This document shows, piece by piece, positions 8,550 to 18,340 of a stretch of 64,000 nt of DNA. The DNA is from a virus. A program made the position numbers and the translations under genes. The stretch lies in the IMG/VR virus record IMGVR_UViG_3300010384_000001. One strand, given 5' to 3'. Numbering within the stretch: the first letter of the stretch is position 1; each line of letters starts with the position of its first letter. The notes under the pieces were generated by a model. It was not told where the DNA came from. It searched no databases and saw only the letters and a program-made list of their open reading frames with translations.

Positions 8550-9935
8550 ATGCAAGCCCCGACATCGGTCACGCCAGAACAGATAAACCTTGTAGTAGAA
8601 ACAATACAACATCAGGATTCAAGAGTTTTCAACGCACTCGTTGAAGTCATCAACGATATGCAGTTTGTTTCTAAAGATGACTTTGTCAAAGAAGAAACAG
8701 ATTACATTGATTCAGTTAATGATGCTGGTGATTACGAATTGACTTCGATCACCCGCACACGTACTGATGATGTTAGATTGCGTGAACACGAACAACGTTT
8801 AGAGACAATCCTTAACCAAGCCTTTAACTCGAATATTCGGGTTAGCATCGGTGAGCGCTACGGTGGCGTACGCATCCATGATGAGTATCACAACCACGCC
8901 TTGCTGCGTAATGATAAGCGTTGGGCATACAAACAGAATGAAGAGTTTATTCGGCGCTTCATCTTAACGCGAGAGAAGAGTGGTGTCGTAAAAGGCGGTG
9001 TTGATTTGAAGAATGCCAGGCTCTCTGGTTTATTCTCAGAACTGCCCGCTACGATCTATCTACCGATTGATCAATTCACGCGCGCCAAACGCTTACCCAA
9101 AGATTGGATTCTAACGCCAGAAGAATGTGCAGCTATGCTGCTTCATGAAGTGGGTCACTTGTTTGTTTACTGTGAATACTTCTCCCGTGTGGTGTCGACG
9201 AATCAAGTGTTGTCACAAGTGTCTTCTGAGCTGGACAATAGTCACTCCGCAGACGAGCGCGAAATCATTCTGACCACCTGTAAGCAAAAGCTTAACTTAC
9301 GTGATTTAGATCCGAAAGCATTAGCTGGCACTTCAGATAAGAAAGTGATTGAGATTGCTGTACTGACGGAATGTGTGGAAGAGTCCCGTAGTGAACTCGG
9401 TTGCAATATCTATGATTTGACCGCACAAGAACAGTTGTCAGATCAATTTGCTGTGCGCATGGGTGCAGGTCGCGCCGCAATCACAATGAAGTTCAAGATC
9501 TACAAAATGTTTGGTGGTACTCGCGCATTTGACTCGACACCGCTTTACATGTTTAAACAGATCTTAGCGTTAGGTTTAACCTTAACGTTCCCGCCAATGA
9601 CGCTGTTTGTATTGATGGGTGGTTTAGACGAGACACGCAGTGGTAATTACGATAGCGCCGAAGCACGCTTCCAACGTATTCGTAACGACATGGTCAATCG
9701 TACTAAAAACCGCAACATGGGTGAACAAGAACGCAAAGACATCATTAACGACATTAAGGATGTCGACGAACTCTTAGAAGGTGTGAAGGATCGTCGTTCT
9801 TGGCCTACAGCAATTGCTGATTTCATTATTCCGACTTATCGGAAATACCGTAAGAGTATGCAACTACAGAAACAACTAGAACAACTCGCTAGTAATTCCC
9901 TGTTTGTGCGTGCTGCTGAACTATCCACTTTGTAA
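8550..9935 (+). CDS. Putative Zn-metalloprotease-like protein (HEXXH)
   Basis: 461 aa. An AAMLLHEVGHLF motif is followed by a hydrophobic segment ILALGLTLTFPPMTLFVLMGGL, an M48/M56-like architecture. Confidence 0.5.
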   Translation: MQAPTSVTPEQINLVVETIQHQDSRVFNALVEVINDMQFVSKDDFVKEETDYIDSVNDAGDYELTSITRTRTDDVRLREHEQRLETILNQAFNSNIRVSIGERYGGVRIHDEYHNHALLRNDKRWAYKQNEEFIRRFILTREKSGVVKGGVDLKNARLSGLFSELPATIYLPIDQFTRAKRLPKDWILTPEECAAMLLHEVGHLFVYCEYFSRVVSTNQVLSQVSSELDNSHSADEREIILTTCKQKLNLRDLDPKALAGTSDKKVIEIAVLTECVEESRSELGCNIYDLTAQEQLSDQFAVRMGAGRAAITMKFKIYKMFGGTRAFDSTPLYMFKQILALGLTLTFPPMTLFVLMGGLDETRSGNYDSAEARFQRIRNDMVNRTKNRNMGEQERKDIINDIKDVDELLEGVKDRRSWPTAIADFIIPTYRKYRKSMQLQKQLEQLASNSLFVRAAELSTL

Positions 9936-9953
9936 GACTAAAAGGAATCCATC

Positions 9954-10454
9954 ATGTCCGCTAGTACTATCTTTTTAAATGACGCTATCCATCGGATCGT
10001 CAAAGCTCCTGGTGATCAAGGCCGTATCGTTGCCATGGCTGTTGCTAAAGTCGTTGCTGCTACTTCCCCGCTGCCTAGCACGCCGGTGGATGATATTGCT
10101 GAGTACTACATGCAGCAAGTCAATCCGCAAGCTGTGGAACGTATCTCGGAACTGAACGAAGGTGTGATCTTCGCTGCTAAACTGGCGCTCGAGTTCACTC
10201 AACAATTCTGGAAGCAACGTTATTACGCTGCTCATCCGCAGTGTCTGATCAAGGCTAATTTCAATCAATCACTGGAAAGTCTGCTTAACCAAGACCGTAT
10301 CGAAGCGTTTGACTTTAACACGATCGTTTCAGGTGGTCTGTTTGTCCTGTCACTGGATACAGTGCGCTTCCTGAACAAGTACAAGGTAGAAATTGCTAAG
10401 CTGATTTCGGCTTTCTACCAGTATGTCACTCCGGACGACGAAGCTGGAGAGTAA
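9954..10454 (+). CDS. Hypothetical protein
   Basis: 166-aa ORF with an AAGGA SD 7 nt upstream. Confidence 0.7.
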   Translation: MSASTIFLNDAIHRIVKAPGDQGRIVAMAVAKVVAATSPLPSTPVDDIAEYYMQQVNPQAVERISELNEGVIFAAKLALEFTQQFWKQRYYAAHPQCLIKANFNQSLESLLNQDRIEAFDFNTIVSGGLFVLSLDTVRFLNKYKVEIAKLISAFYQYVTPDDEAGE

Positions 10455-10457
10455 GAC

Positions 10458-11861
10458 ATGAGTGACGTTGATATTAATGCATTCATTTACAATGATGCAC
10501 CGGCTCCAGAACCTACTGGTTTCGAAGATAGCCTGAACTTTGGTTCTGAGATTCCGGAAGATGACCTGGTTACCGAAGTACCGGTCGATCCGAGTGTCAT
10601 TGCTGACTTGCTGCCTGAACAAGATGAAATTCAAGTGCAAGCTTCTGCTTTAGAATCACGTCATAATGAATGGTCTTACCTGCGTGACGATATCATCAAT
10701 GCGCGTGGTATGAATCAAGCATTAGCAACGGAAGCTATTGCACTTAAACCTAACTTCGGTAACAACCGTCCGATTGGCTACTACAGCCGTCATACAAGCC
10801 TGACGCGTTATACGACGGTATTGGAAGAGATTGACCAAACCATGCAAAGTGATTTGGTACGTTATCTGGAGAATACCAAAGAGCGCTTGAATCGACTGGA
10901 TGATGTGGCTGTTAAGTTTACACCAGAAATGAAAGACAACTGGGTAAACTTAACCAGCAACCTAGCAGCATTCGGTACGCACTTCTCTGATGCAGTTAAA
11001 CTGCTTAATGAGAAAGGTGAAGCTTGGATTGATGCTGACGTTGTGGCTAAGGCAGGCGAGAACCGTGAAGAGTATGTCGCTAACTCTCTGAAGAATTGCT
11101 TTACCCAACCTGCTGGCTTACTCTCGGCTTTGGTGGATAAAGACATCTACTACATCCTGGGTCAACACTTCTCGGATTACTTGGATCTTCTGGTTGCGCA
11201 TTGCAATGCATGGGATAATTCAGTCGAAGCTTATATTGAAGACGTGAAGAACGCAGGTAACAACGCGATTCCTAAGTTTAATGCTCCTGAAGAATTATCG
11301 ATCAAGTTGCCCGATGGTTCGATGGTCAAGTATTCGGAACTCGCCGACCGCTTGCGTAATGAAGGCAACAATGCTAAGACTTACAGCTCGCGTCGTGAAA
11401 CGCCTCTGACGGTTGACAACTATCTGTTTGCCGCTAGCGCAGCTGCGCAATACTCCGGTATTGAAGGTGTGATTGATCGTTTCAATACCCTTAAAGACAG
11501 GATCCCTGATTATCGTGGCATGATCACTAAGTTAACCGACCTGGTGGCTGACTATGATCGTTTCTCGGATCAACTGGTTCTTTTGAATGAAGAAGTCAAT
11601 GGCTTTGCAACTAAGCTCTTTGATGTGTATCAATGCTTCGTCTATATCGTTGATGAAATTGGTAACTACATCAATGACTTCAAGAGCCAACTGTTAAAGT
11701 TGATTGGTTTGGTTTTACTCTTGGTGGAAACTAAGAATACCGAACTTAACCAAATGACTGACCCTGCTTTGCAAGATGGCGCGCCTTATCTGCCGTCTTG
11801 GAATGAACTGCAAGCGAAGATGATGGCTGCTGTTGCTCCTAACACACCGACTTCTGAATAA
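10458..11861 (+). CDS. Hypothetical protein (acidic N-terminus, largely helical-looking)
   Basis: 467-aa ORF with a GGAGAG SD. It starts 3 nt after the previous stop. Confidence 0.75.
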   Translation: MSDVDINAFIYNDAPAPEPTGFEDSLNFGSEIPEDDLVTEVPVDPSVIADLLPEQDEIQVQASALESRHNEWSYLRDDIINARGMNQALATEAIALKPNFGNNRPIGYYSRHTSLTRYTTVLEEIDQTMQSDLVRYLENTKERLNRLDDVAVKFTPEMKDNWVNLTSNLAAFGTHFSDAVKLLNEKGEAWIDADVVAKAGENREEYVANSLKNCFTQPAGLLSALVDKDIYYILGQHFSDYLDLLVAHCNAWDNSVEAYIEDVKNAGNNAIPKFNAPEELSIKLPDGSMVKYSELADRLRNEGNNAKTYSSRRETPLTVDNYLFAASAAAQYSGIEGVIDRFNTLKDRIPDYRGMITKLTDLVADYDRFSDQLVLLNEEVNGFATKLFDVYQCFVYIVDEIGNYINDFKSQLLKLIGLVLLLVETKNTELNQMTDPALQDGAPYLPSWNELQAKMMAAVAPNTPTSE

Positions 11862-11865
11862 GCAT

Positions 11866-11908
11866 CATAATACCCTCTGTCCCCAAACCAGGGACAGAGG
11901 GTATTATG
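11866..11908. terminator. Bidirectional stem-loop terminator
   Basis: Perfect 18-bp stem CATAATACCCTCTGTCCC / GGGACAGAGGGTATTATG with a 7-nt loop, between convergent genes. Confidence 0.8.
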
Positions 11909-11911
11909 GCG

Positions 11912-14872
11912 TTATGCGTCGTGCTGAACAAAGTTGATCGTCACTGCTTCTTCCACAACCAGTGTGTCGTCAGCTAATGCAGTCAAACGTTTTGCAATAC
12001 TCAAACGGTCAGTATCATCAACCACAGTCACTACCGAGTAGTTGTTTTCACTTCCACCCAAGCCAGTTAACTGAACGTCGATCACATCGTTTGAATACAC
12101 CTTGCGTAAGCTCTCGACAATTTGAGAGATCGCAACAGTCTTTTGCGTCAACGCATCTGAAATCGTCGCAATCGAAGTTTTAGACAAACGATCGCGCAAG
12201 TTCAGATTTGTGTAGACTTGTTTACTTACTGCCAGAGTGAGTACAAAAGTTTGATTAGCATTAATAAACTTCGGAATGCTATCACCCACCAGAACCTGAA
12301 TCAGACCCGCAGTAGTCTTCGGATAGAAATAGATCGTAGTCTGATCAAGCAAGCGACCTGTGAACGAACCCAAGTCATTAACCAACCATGACACAACCGT
12401 CTTTACCATCCGTTGACGATAGTCAGTGCTTGTAGCGTCAGTTGCAAACCAATAGGCGCCTTCTAACAAGAATAAGTCCACTTGACGTTGCAACCCACGC
12501 GCATCGGCAGGAACAGGATTTCCGCTATTGTCGTACATGATGTCACCAGCGCGATGTTCATACGCTTGATTGCCATCGGTGTCTAATACCGGATCACCTT
12601 TGTGGTGCAGGATGTTGATAACTAAAGCACCATCAACAATTTGCACTGCCGAGCCGTTTGCATCCGTTTCATAGATGTCGTCTTTGTAATACGCAGGAAC
12701 GTCTACCGAATAAGTCTTGTACGGTGTCGAACCAATGACGGTTCTGGCACGTGACCACAGTTTCGACAAAGCATAACCCAAGCGAACTCGTAAGGTCTCT
12801 TGCGCAATACCTACTGATTGCAATGGCAGAAGATACTTGCCTATGTTTTGATCAACGCTATTTGCAGTCCAAGTAGCAGGCATTACTGCTGACGTCGAAT
12901 ACAGAATGTCAAACGAGTTATACAACGGCGACTTAGTAATCCGCGGATCTGTGTTGTACATCGTGAACTTGGTAAACTCAATGTTATCATTCGAGTCAAC
13001 ATTAAAGTTAACATCTAAATCAAACCTGAAGTAACGCTCACCTGTACTGGTCTTACTAAGCATCGTACCATTCAAATAAGCACGATCACGTTCACCGTAC
13101 GGAATGTAACTTAACTGTGCAAAGACCTGACTGTCTTCCAGTGCTTGATAGTCACTACTCGATTTTGTCAAGATGATAATCGAATATCCATTTGTAGTAC
13201 GGAATACATCGAAGCGATCAGTAGACACTTGCAACAAGGTCGTATCGTTCTGACGAACAAACAGTTTCGATTCTACGGTAGGATTATCCAAATAGTAAGG
13301 ACGTGCCTCAAAAGCATTATTCGTCATGTCCAGTACATAATGGAATGGTGCAAACGAATAGTTGCCATCCGTAATCGCTTGCGCACGTTTATCTGCTGGC
13401 AATGCTAGCAGTGCTTGCAAGTCGGAATTTTGAATCGGTTGCGTAATGCCGCTTACCGTTTGATAAATCGTGTCCGGCGTGATCGTAATACTCGTGGTAT
13501 TATCAACCACCGTTGGCAACTGAACTAATTCATTCGTATTGAATGTCAACGTCTCGATGGTAGCAGAAGCTGCTGTGAGTAATTGAGTGCCGGTGGTAGC
13601 TGCCGTAGTTGGCGTGATAACCGTCGGTGAAGGCATACTGCGTGTTGCTAAGAACACACGGTTAGTGATGCGGTCAATGTTCTTCACCACATCGTAACCT
13701 TTATCCTTCAAGGCTTTCTCGATCTGCGCTGGCGTAATCGAATCATCGATCGGACCCGTCGTATTCTGAATGACGTTGGTGCGCAATTCTTCAAACGTCA
13801 ATCCATTTGAACCAGCAGTCACCGTATCATCAGAGAAAGCGATGACAGTCAGGTTAGACAATGGCGCAGTATATGTAGTGATATCTGCAGGGTCATACGC
13901 CTTCCAGACAATCGCCAGCGAGGTGGAAGGATATTCACCCAACGCAATATTGATCGCACCTTTCGTTTGATACAGTTCAGCGCGGATCTTACGGCTTAAC
14001 TGACCGGTCGTTACATAGATCTGCGGGATCTTAATCGTTAAGACCTTATCCACCACTTGTAACACAGCCGTCGGTGTATTGATATCGTACACCGTATCCG
14101 AATGGGTCGTTGCGATTTCTGACCAAGTGCCATCTGCATTCTGGTGATAAACCCGAGTGTAGTAATACAGATCCGTAAAACGCATCCTCATACTGAAGTC
14201 GGCCGCCGGACTAATCGAGTCAGAATTGTCAATGACGCTAAACTGATTCGTTGGCACCGTAAACGCTACCCAGTCACCCTCTTCATTGGTGCGAATCTCG
14301 TAGTCGATCTCATTCGTCTCAAGCGATTGCAGTGGTGACATCTTGGTTGTGTCGTACACAATCTGCAAGCCACCGTGTGCTAACTGTTTGATATCGATCG
14401 GATACTGCAACGCAAACTGCATGTCAGCGATCTCGAAGTACGTATTCCTAGGAATCGTAATCTTCTTGTAGCCAGTAGTCGGGTCGTCCTTTAAGCTACC
14501 GATTAACTTTTCTTTCTCGATTAAGAAAGTAAACTTAGCAGCAGCGGGAGTTGCAAAGCGATCGACGTAATCCTTATCCGACATATGCAGATACAAGTCT
14601 TCTTGCGTCTGTGCCAGCTTCGGATAGCGTCGCCGTGATTCAACCGCATGCTCGACCATAAACGCCGATACTGCAGAAGCCGAAGCTTCCATACAGAGAA
14701 TGACCGGGTTAGTCGGATCAACAAAATCGATTTCGCCATTACTCACCGCAGTCACCATCCGTAAACTCTCACGCTGGATAGCGGCCGGGTTAAAACGGTA
14801 TTGTGTCAGGTTAGAAACTAAATCCGAAATACTGTAGCTTGAGCTGCCACCAATTGTTGTGTTATCTGCCAT
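11912..14872 (-). CDS. Large virion structural protein (function not assignable; possibly baseplate/tail)
   Basis: 986-aa ORF with an AAGGA SD and strongly biased codon usage. It lies in the structural block. Confidence 0.8.
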   Translation of the reverse strand: MADNTTIGGSSSYSISDLVSNLTQYRFNPAAIQRESLRMVTAVSNGEIDFVDPTNPVILCMEASASAVSAFMVEHAVESRRRYPKLAQTQEDLYLHMSDKDYVDRFATPAAAKFTFLIEKEKLIGSLKDDPTTGYKKITIPRNTYFEIADMQFALQYPIDIKQLAHGGLQIVYDTTKMSPLQSLETNEIDYEIRTNEEGDWVAFTVPTNQFSVIDNSDSISPAADFSMRMRFTDLYYYTRVYHQNADGTWSEIATTHSDTVYDINTPTAVLQVVDKVLTIKIPQIYVTTGQLSRKIRAELYQTKGAINIALGEYPSTSLAIVWKAYDPADITTYTAPLSNLTVIAFSDDTVTAGSNGLTFEELRTNVIQNTTGPIDDSITPAQIEKALKDKGYDVVKNIDRITNRVFLATRSMPSPTVITPTTAATTGTQLLTAASATIETLTFNTNELVQLPTVVDNTTSITITPDTIYQTVSGITQPIQNSDLQALLALPADKRAQAITDGNYSFAPFHYVLDMTNNAFEARPYYLDNPTVESKLFVRQNDTTLLQVSTDRFDVFRTTNGYSIIILTKSSSDYQALEDSQVFAQLSYIPYGERDRAYLNGTMLSKTSTGERYFRFDLDVNFNVDSNDNIEFTKFTMYNTDPRITKSPLYNSFDILYSTSAVMPATWTANSVDQNIGKYLLPLQSVGIAQETLRVRLGYALSKLWSRARTVIGSTPYKTYSVDVPAYYKDDIYETDANGSAVQIVDGALVINILHHKGDPVLDTDGNQAYEHRAGDIMYDNSGNPVPADARGLQRQVDLFLLEGAYWFATDATSTDYRQRMVKTVVSWLVNDLGSFTGRLLDQTTIYFYPKTTAGLIQVLVGDSIPKFINANQTFVLTLAVSKQVYTNLNLRDRLSKTSIATISDALTQKTVAISQIVESLRKVYSNDVIDVQLTGLGGSENNYSVVTVVDDTDRLSIAKRLTALADDTLVVEEAVTINFVQHDA

Positions 14873-14887
14873 AATTGAATTCCTTCA

Positions 14888-16030
14888 TTAACCTTGTGCT
14901 GCTTGTTGTTTAATGATTGGTAAGATTTCTTGGTATTCTTCCTTACGCACAAACCATTCTAATTCATAGGTAGCCAAATCAACGCGAGGATAACCGCGAT
15001 AGTTAAACAGCGGTAACTCATCAATAGCAATCTTTTGATAGATCGGCGAACGCTGATCATTCGGAATTGCTTTACCAGAGATTTCGCTAACGCTCGGCGT
15101 AATGTCAGCCAACGAGGGATTAAACAATTCAGTCGTCTTGTTAAACTCCCAGATCAAGATATCGTCGTTATACATGATGCCGGAATTAATGAAAGGGATG
15201 GTGACTTGTTGCAATCCTTCATTTAAAGGTGTACCGCCATGATGCGGCGCCTCGTAGTTAAACGCAGCACCTAACGGGGTCGATGTCGGAAAGCCTGCGC
15301 CAGTTGCAGCGATGCGATAGACGTAACGTTTCGTCGTATCTAACAGTAAACGATAGATACGCGTTTCGTAATCCTTTTCGTTCTCAATAATGGAATCTGG
15401 ATAAGGAATGATCTCACCTAAATACACACCGTTGATGTATTCAAGCCAGTAATGGAACATCGTAGTGATTGGATCACCCTGGACATTACGGAAGTTAGCA
15501 CGTAAGTCAACGGAGCGAAAGATCTTGGTCGTGCCGTCAGCTACGTTAAACTGTTCTTTCATCACACCTTCGGCTGAGGTGGAATACGCCATATCAGGAT
15601 CAGGCCAACCCGGCAGGCTTACTAACAAGTTAGTCAGTAAAGGAATGAATGCCATCTGTGGATCTACCAGAGGACTGGTCACGTCTTTCTTGTTACTAAC
15701 CGGGTCCAACATACAACGAATATACCGTTGTAAACTCCATTGATCGGTATTTAAAAGCGGCGTCAACACGCGTAAAGCACGCAGATTTTCATCAGTTAAA
15801 TTAAGACGGGGACGAGTAAAAAACGTCATCCCGTAGTAATCCTTATTAATTTGTATGAGACTCGGCGCTTGTCGGTGATTCAGACCGCGGAAGTTATCAC
15901 CAATGGCTGTTGAGATTTGCCCCATCGGCGACGAGCGGAATAAACTGTTGACGTCGTCCGTTGTGACTTTAGTTGTGGATTCAACCCGCTCGTTAGAAAC
16001 GTATGGTGATCTTAACACAGAATCGGCCAT
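14888..16030 (-). CDS. Virion structural protein (function not assignable)
   Basis: 380-aa ORF with an AGAGG SD, directly upstream of the 986-aa gene. Confidence 0.8.
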   Translation of the reverse strand: MADSVLRSPYVSNERVESTTKVTTDDVNSLFRSSPMGQISTAIGDNFRGLNHRQAPSLIQINKDYYGMTFFTRPRLNLTDENLRALRVLTPLLNTDQWSLQRYIRCMLDPVSNKKDVTSPLVDPQMAFIPLLTNLLVSLPGWPDPDMAYSTSAEGVMKEQFNVADGTTKIFRSVDLRANFRNVQGDPITTMFHYWLEYINGVYLGEIIPYPDSIIENEKDYETRIYRLLLDTTKRYVYRIAATGAGFPTSTPLGAAFNYEAPHHGGTPLNEGLQQVTIPFINSGIMYNDDILIWEFNKTTELFNPSLADITPSVSEISGKAIPNDQRSPIYQKIAIDELPLFNYRGYPRVDLATYELEWFVRKEEYQEILPIIKQQAAQG

Positions 16031-16063
16031 TTAAAACCTCTTGTAATAGAAAAAGGAACATTC

Positions 16064-17368
16064 ATGTATAGCACTATCAATATGGTAAAAACCGGTCTGT
16101 CAGCGTTCTTCAGTAACCGGAACAGGCTGCGCATGGCCGCCTCCGATTCGCTGATTAGCTTTACCGAGCCAGCTCGTGTCGAACCGATCGTGCTGATCGA
16201 CCAAAGTGTAATGCACTACGACAGCTTGGGTGATGTTCAGCAATCCTTGCTGGCACTCTTCTCCGGCTATTATCTGCAAGCTGCAGCTCTGACCAATAGC
16301 CTGGGCGCTATCGCTGTGATGGATCGTCTCGATCCGCTTAATCCGACGCGTAATCCGAAGAACAACATTATGATGGGTAATTCGTGGCTGTTCCCAGTCT
16401 CGGAATCTCATCAAGAAAAGAATAGCCAAGCGGTCGACCCGTCCGCATGGATGCTCTCGCAAGAAGCGTATACATACGGTCTGCCTTTCGCAGCACGCAA
16501 CTCGTCGAACCATATGGCGATTGAGAGCAATAACGGTCTGTGGAACAGCGTTAAAGATCTGCCGCCTGCGCCGCCGGAAAAGAAATACGATAATCGTCGT
16601 CCTAACGTCCCGCCGTCGGGTAATAACAACACCCTGTGGAATGCTCGTCAAGAACAAGAGCAGTCTGAGAATCAAACTGAGTCGGGCGCGAATGTTGGTG
16701 GCTTTAGCGATGTCACTCGTGACTTAACTGAACTGGCTAACCTGTCGGTCGGTAAGACTTACTCGATCGAACTGGTCGAAGGTAAGAATAAAGTTAACAT
16801 GCCAGTCAGCATTCGTCTGCTGGCAAGTGCAATGCCGACGAAGGACCTCATTCATATCTTATCAACCGGCAGCCAAGACAACTCGTGGAAAGAACGTTGG
16901 CATGGTTTCCGATCGGGTCGTTTAGCCTTCTGGAAAGACCTGGTCCTGTGCTGCGATATCGTTGACCAATACCGTCGTGACATCTTAAGTGATAAGACTG
17001 GCACGTTGGCTCGTGTCAACAAAATCCAACGTAGCAATGAACTGGCTACGATCATCAGCGGTAACCCAACGGTCGCTTCGGCTTCTAACCTGGTTGTGAT
17101 TTCGCAAGAAACTGCGGATGAGCTGGAGATGCAACTGGAAGGTCGTCTGTCTGACTTCAAGATTCGTCAGCGCATGATGAAGAGCACCTACCTGATGATT
17201 CTGGCAGTGATCGATAACGACTACGGTCGTGTCACGTTCTACCATCGTGGTATTCCGGTTGCGACCCAAGTGCGTCTGCGTGACCTCAAAGGATCCAATA
17301 AAGGCAATGGTCCTGATGTCTCGGATATCCTGAAAGCATATCAGCTCGGTAACTCGCCGACTCTGTAA
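16064..17368 (+). CDS. Virion-module protein (function not assignable)
   Basis: 434-aa ORF with an AAGGAA SD, only 33 nt from the divergent gene. The codon bias produces long spurious antisense ORFs. Confidence 0.8.
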   Translation: MYSTINMVKTGLSAFFSNRNRLRMAASDSLISFTEPARVEPIVLIDQSVMHYDSLGDVQQSLLALFSGYYLQAAALTNSLGAIAVMDRLDPLNPTRNPKNNIMMGNSWLFPVSESHQEKNSQAVDPSAWMLSQEAYTYGLPFAARNSSNHMAIESNNGLWNSVKDLPPAPPEKKYDNRRPNVPPSGNNNTLWNARQEQEQSENQTESGANVGGFSDVTRDLTELANLSVGKTYSIELVEGKNKVNMPVSIRLLASAMPTKDLIHILSTGSQDNSWKERWHGFRSGRLAFWKDLVLCCDIVDQYRRDILSDKTGTLARVNKIQRSNELATIISGNPTVASASNLVVISQETADELEMQLEGRLSDFKIRQRMMKSTYLMILAVIDNDYGRVTFYHRGIPVATQVRLRDLKGSNKGNGPDVSDILKAYQLGNSPTL

Positions 17369-17379
17369 TTAAACTATTA

Positions 17380-17409
17380 CACTTTACTCTTCTCACCAAG
17401 AGTAAAGTG
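17380..17409 (+). terminator. Intergenic stem-loop (terminator/attenuator or RNA-stability element)
   Basis: Perfect 12-bp stem CACTTTACTCTT / AAGAGTAAAGTG with a 6-nt loop. There is no downstream T-tract. Confidence 0.45.
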
Positions 17410-17425
17410 AAAGGACCTACACAAC

Positions 17426-18340
17426 ATGAAAGCACTGACTTATCTCCAGTCCTTACTGCCAAGCTTCTCGCGAGTCACCGCACTCGAAGATTGCCGTATG
17501 ACGCGTCTGGAAATCACCACTGTGACCCAGCCTGCTTATGAGCAAGCTCTGCGCATTTTCAATAACCATAAGTTTGAATCGCCTGAACTGCGTTCTGACT
17601 TTGAGATCTATAAACGCCAAGTGCGTCCGGCTGCTGCTACGAACCTGGTCGTTGCTGTTGAACATTCGTTCAAGAACATGGTGGCTATTCTGGATATGAT
17701 CGAAGAAATCCTGAATAAGAACTACGGTGATGAGATTGCTGGTGCCGGTTTGACCTATTACAAGTCAGCGGTTCTGCAACTGTTAGAAACGGTCACTGAA
17801 GCTTCCAAGTTCGCTCGTCGTTATCTGAACTACGTGCTGGTGGTCGAGACCTCGTACATCGAAGATCCGCAAGGTGAAGCTGTTGCTAACGATCTGGGTG
17901 CTGCTCTGGTTCCGGCTGAAGTGCGTTACCTGAAAGAGAACTTCATCCGCTTCTGCGCGATCATGACCACGTTGACCAAACCGGTTTCGGCAATTGAATC
18001 GCAACTGCAGCAAATTCCGGATGTGACGGTAACGGAAGAAAACGCTAAGACGCTGACGCATACCGCTGGCGAATCGAAGATCGATCCGTTTAGCCATGGC
18101 TTGATCCCGGTGTTCTTAAATCCGATCTATCACTTCAAGATGCGTTTTGCTGAATGGCAAGTCGATCGTCTGAATCGTGCTAAAGAAGAGAAGAAACTTC
18201 TGGAGCTGCGTAAACTGAAGATGGAACGCGCTGCCGCTGGTAAGCAAGACGCTTCGCTCGATAAGCAGATCGATTACATCCAAGGTCGTATTGAGAACCT
18301 GGATGCAGACATTCGTCAGAAGGAGCAACAATATGCCTGA
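17426..18340 (+). CDS. Hypothetical protein with C-terminal coiled-coil-like region
   Basis: 304-aa ORF. The C-terminal ~70 aa are K/E/L-rich heptad-like (RLNRAKEEKKLLELRKLKMERAA...). Confidence 0.75.
   Translation: MKALTYLQSLLPSFSRVTALEDCRMTRLEITTVTQPAYEQALRIFNNHKFESPELRSDFEIYKRQVRPAAATNLVVAVEHSFKNMVAILDMIEEILNKNYGDEIAGAGLTYYKSAVLQLLETVTEASKFARRYLNYVLVVETSYIEDPQGEAVANDLGAALVPAEVRYLKENFIRFCAIMTTLTKPVSAIESQLQQIPDVTVTEENAKTLTHTAGESKIDPFSHGLIPVFLNPIYHFKMRFAEWQVDRLNRAKEEKKLLELRKLKMERAAAGKQDASLDKQIDYIQGRIENLDADIRQKEQQYA

Noticed and set aside
16100-16675. 191-aa and other minus-strand ORFs inside gene 16064-17368.
   Set aside because: They are antisense artefacts of strong codon bias (CGT/CTG/GGT). 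They are Arg-rich and have no start context.
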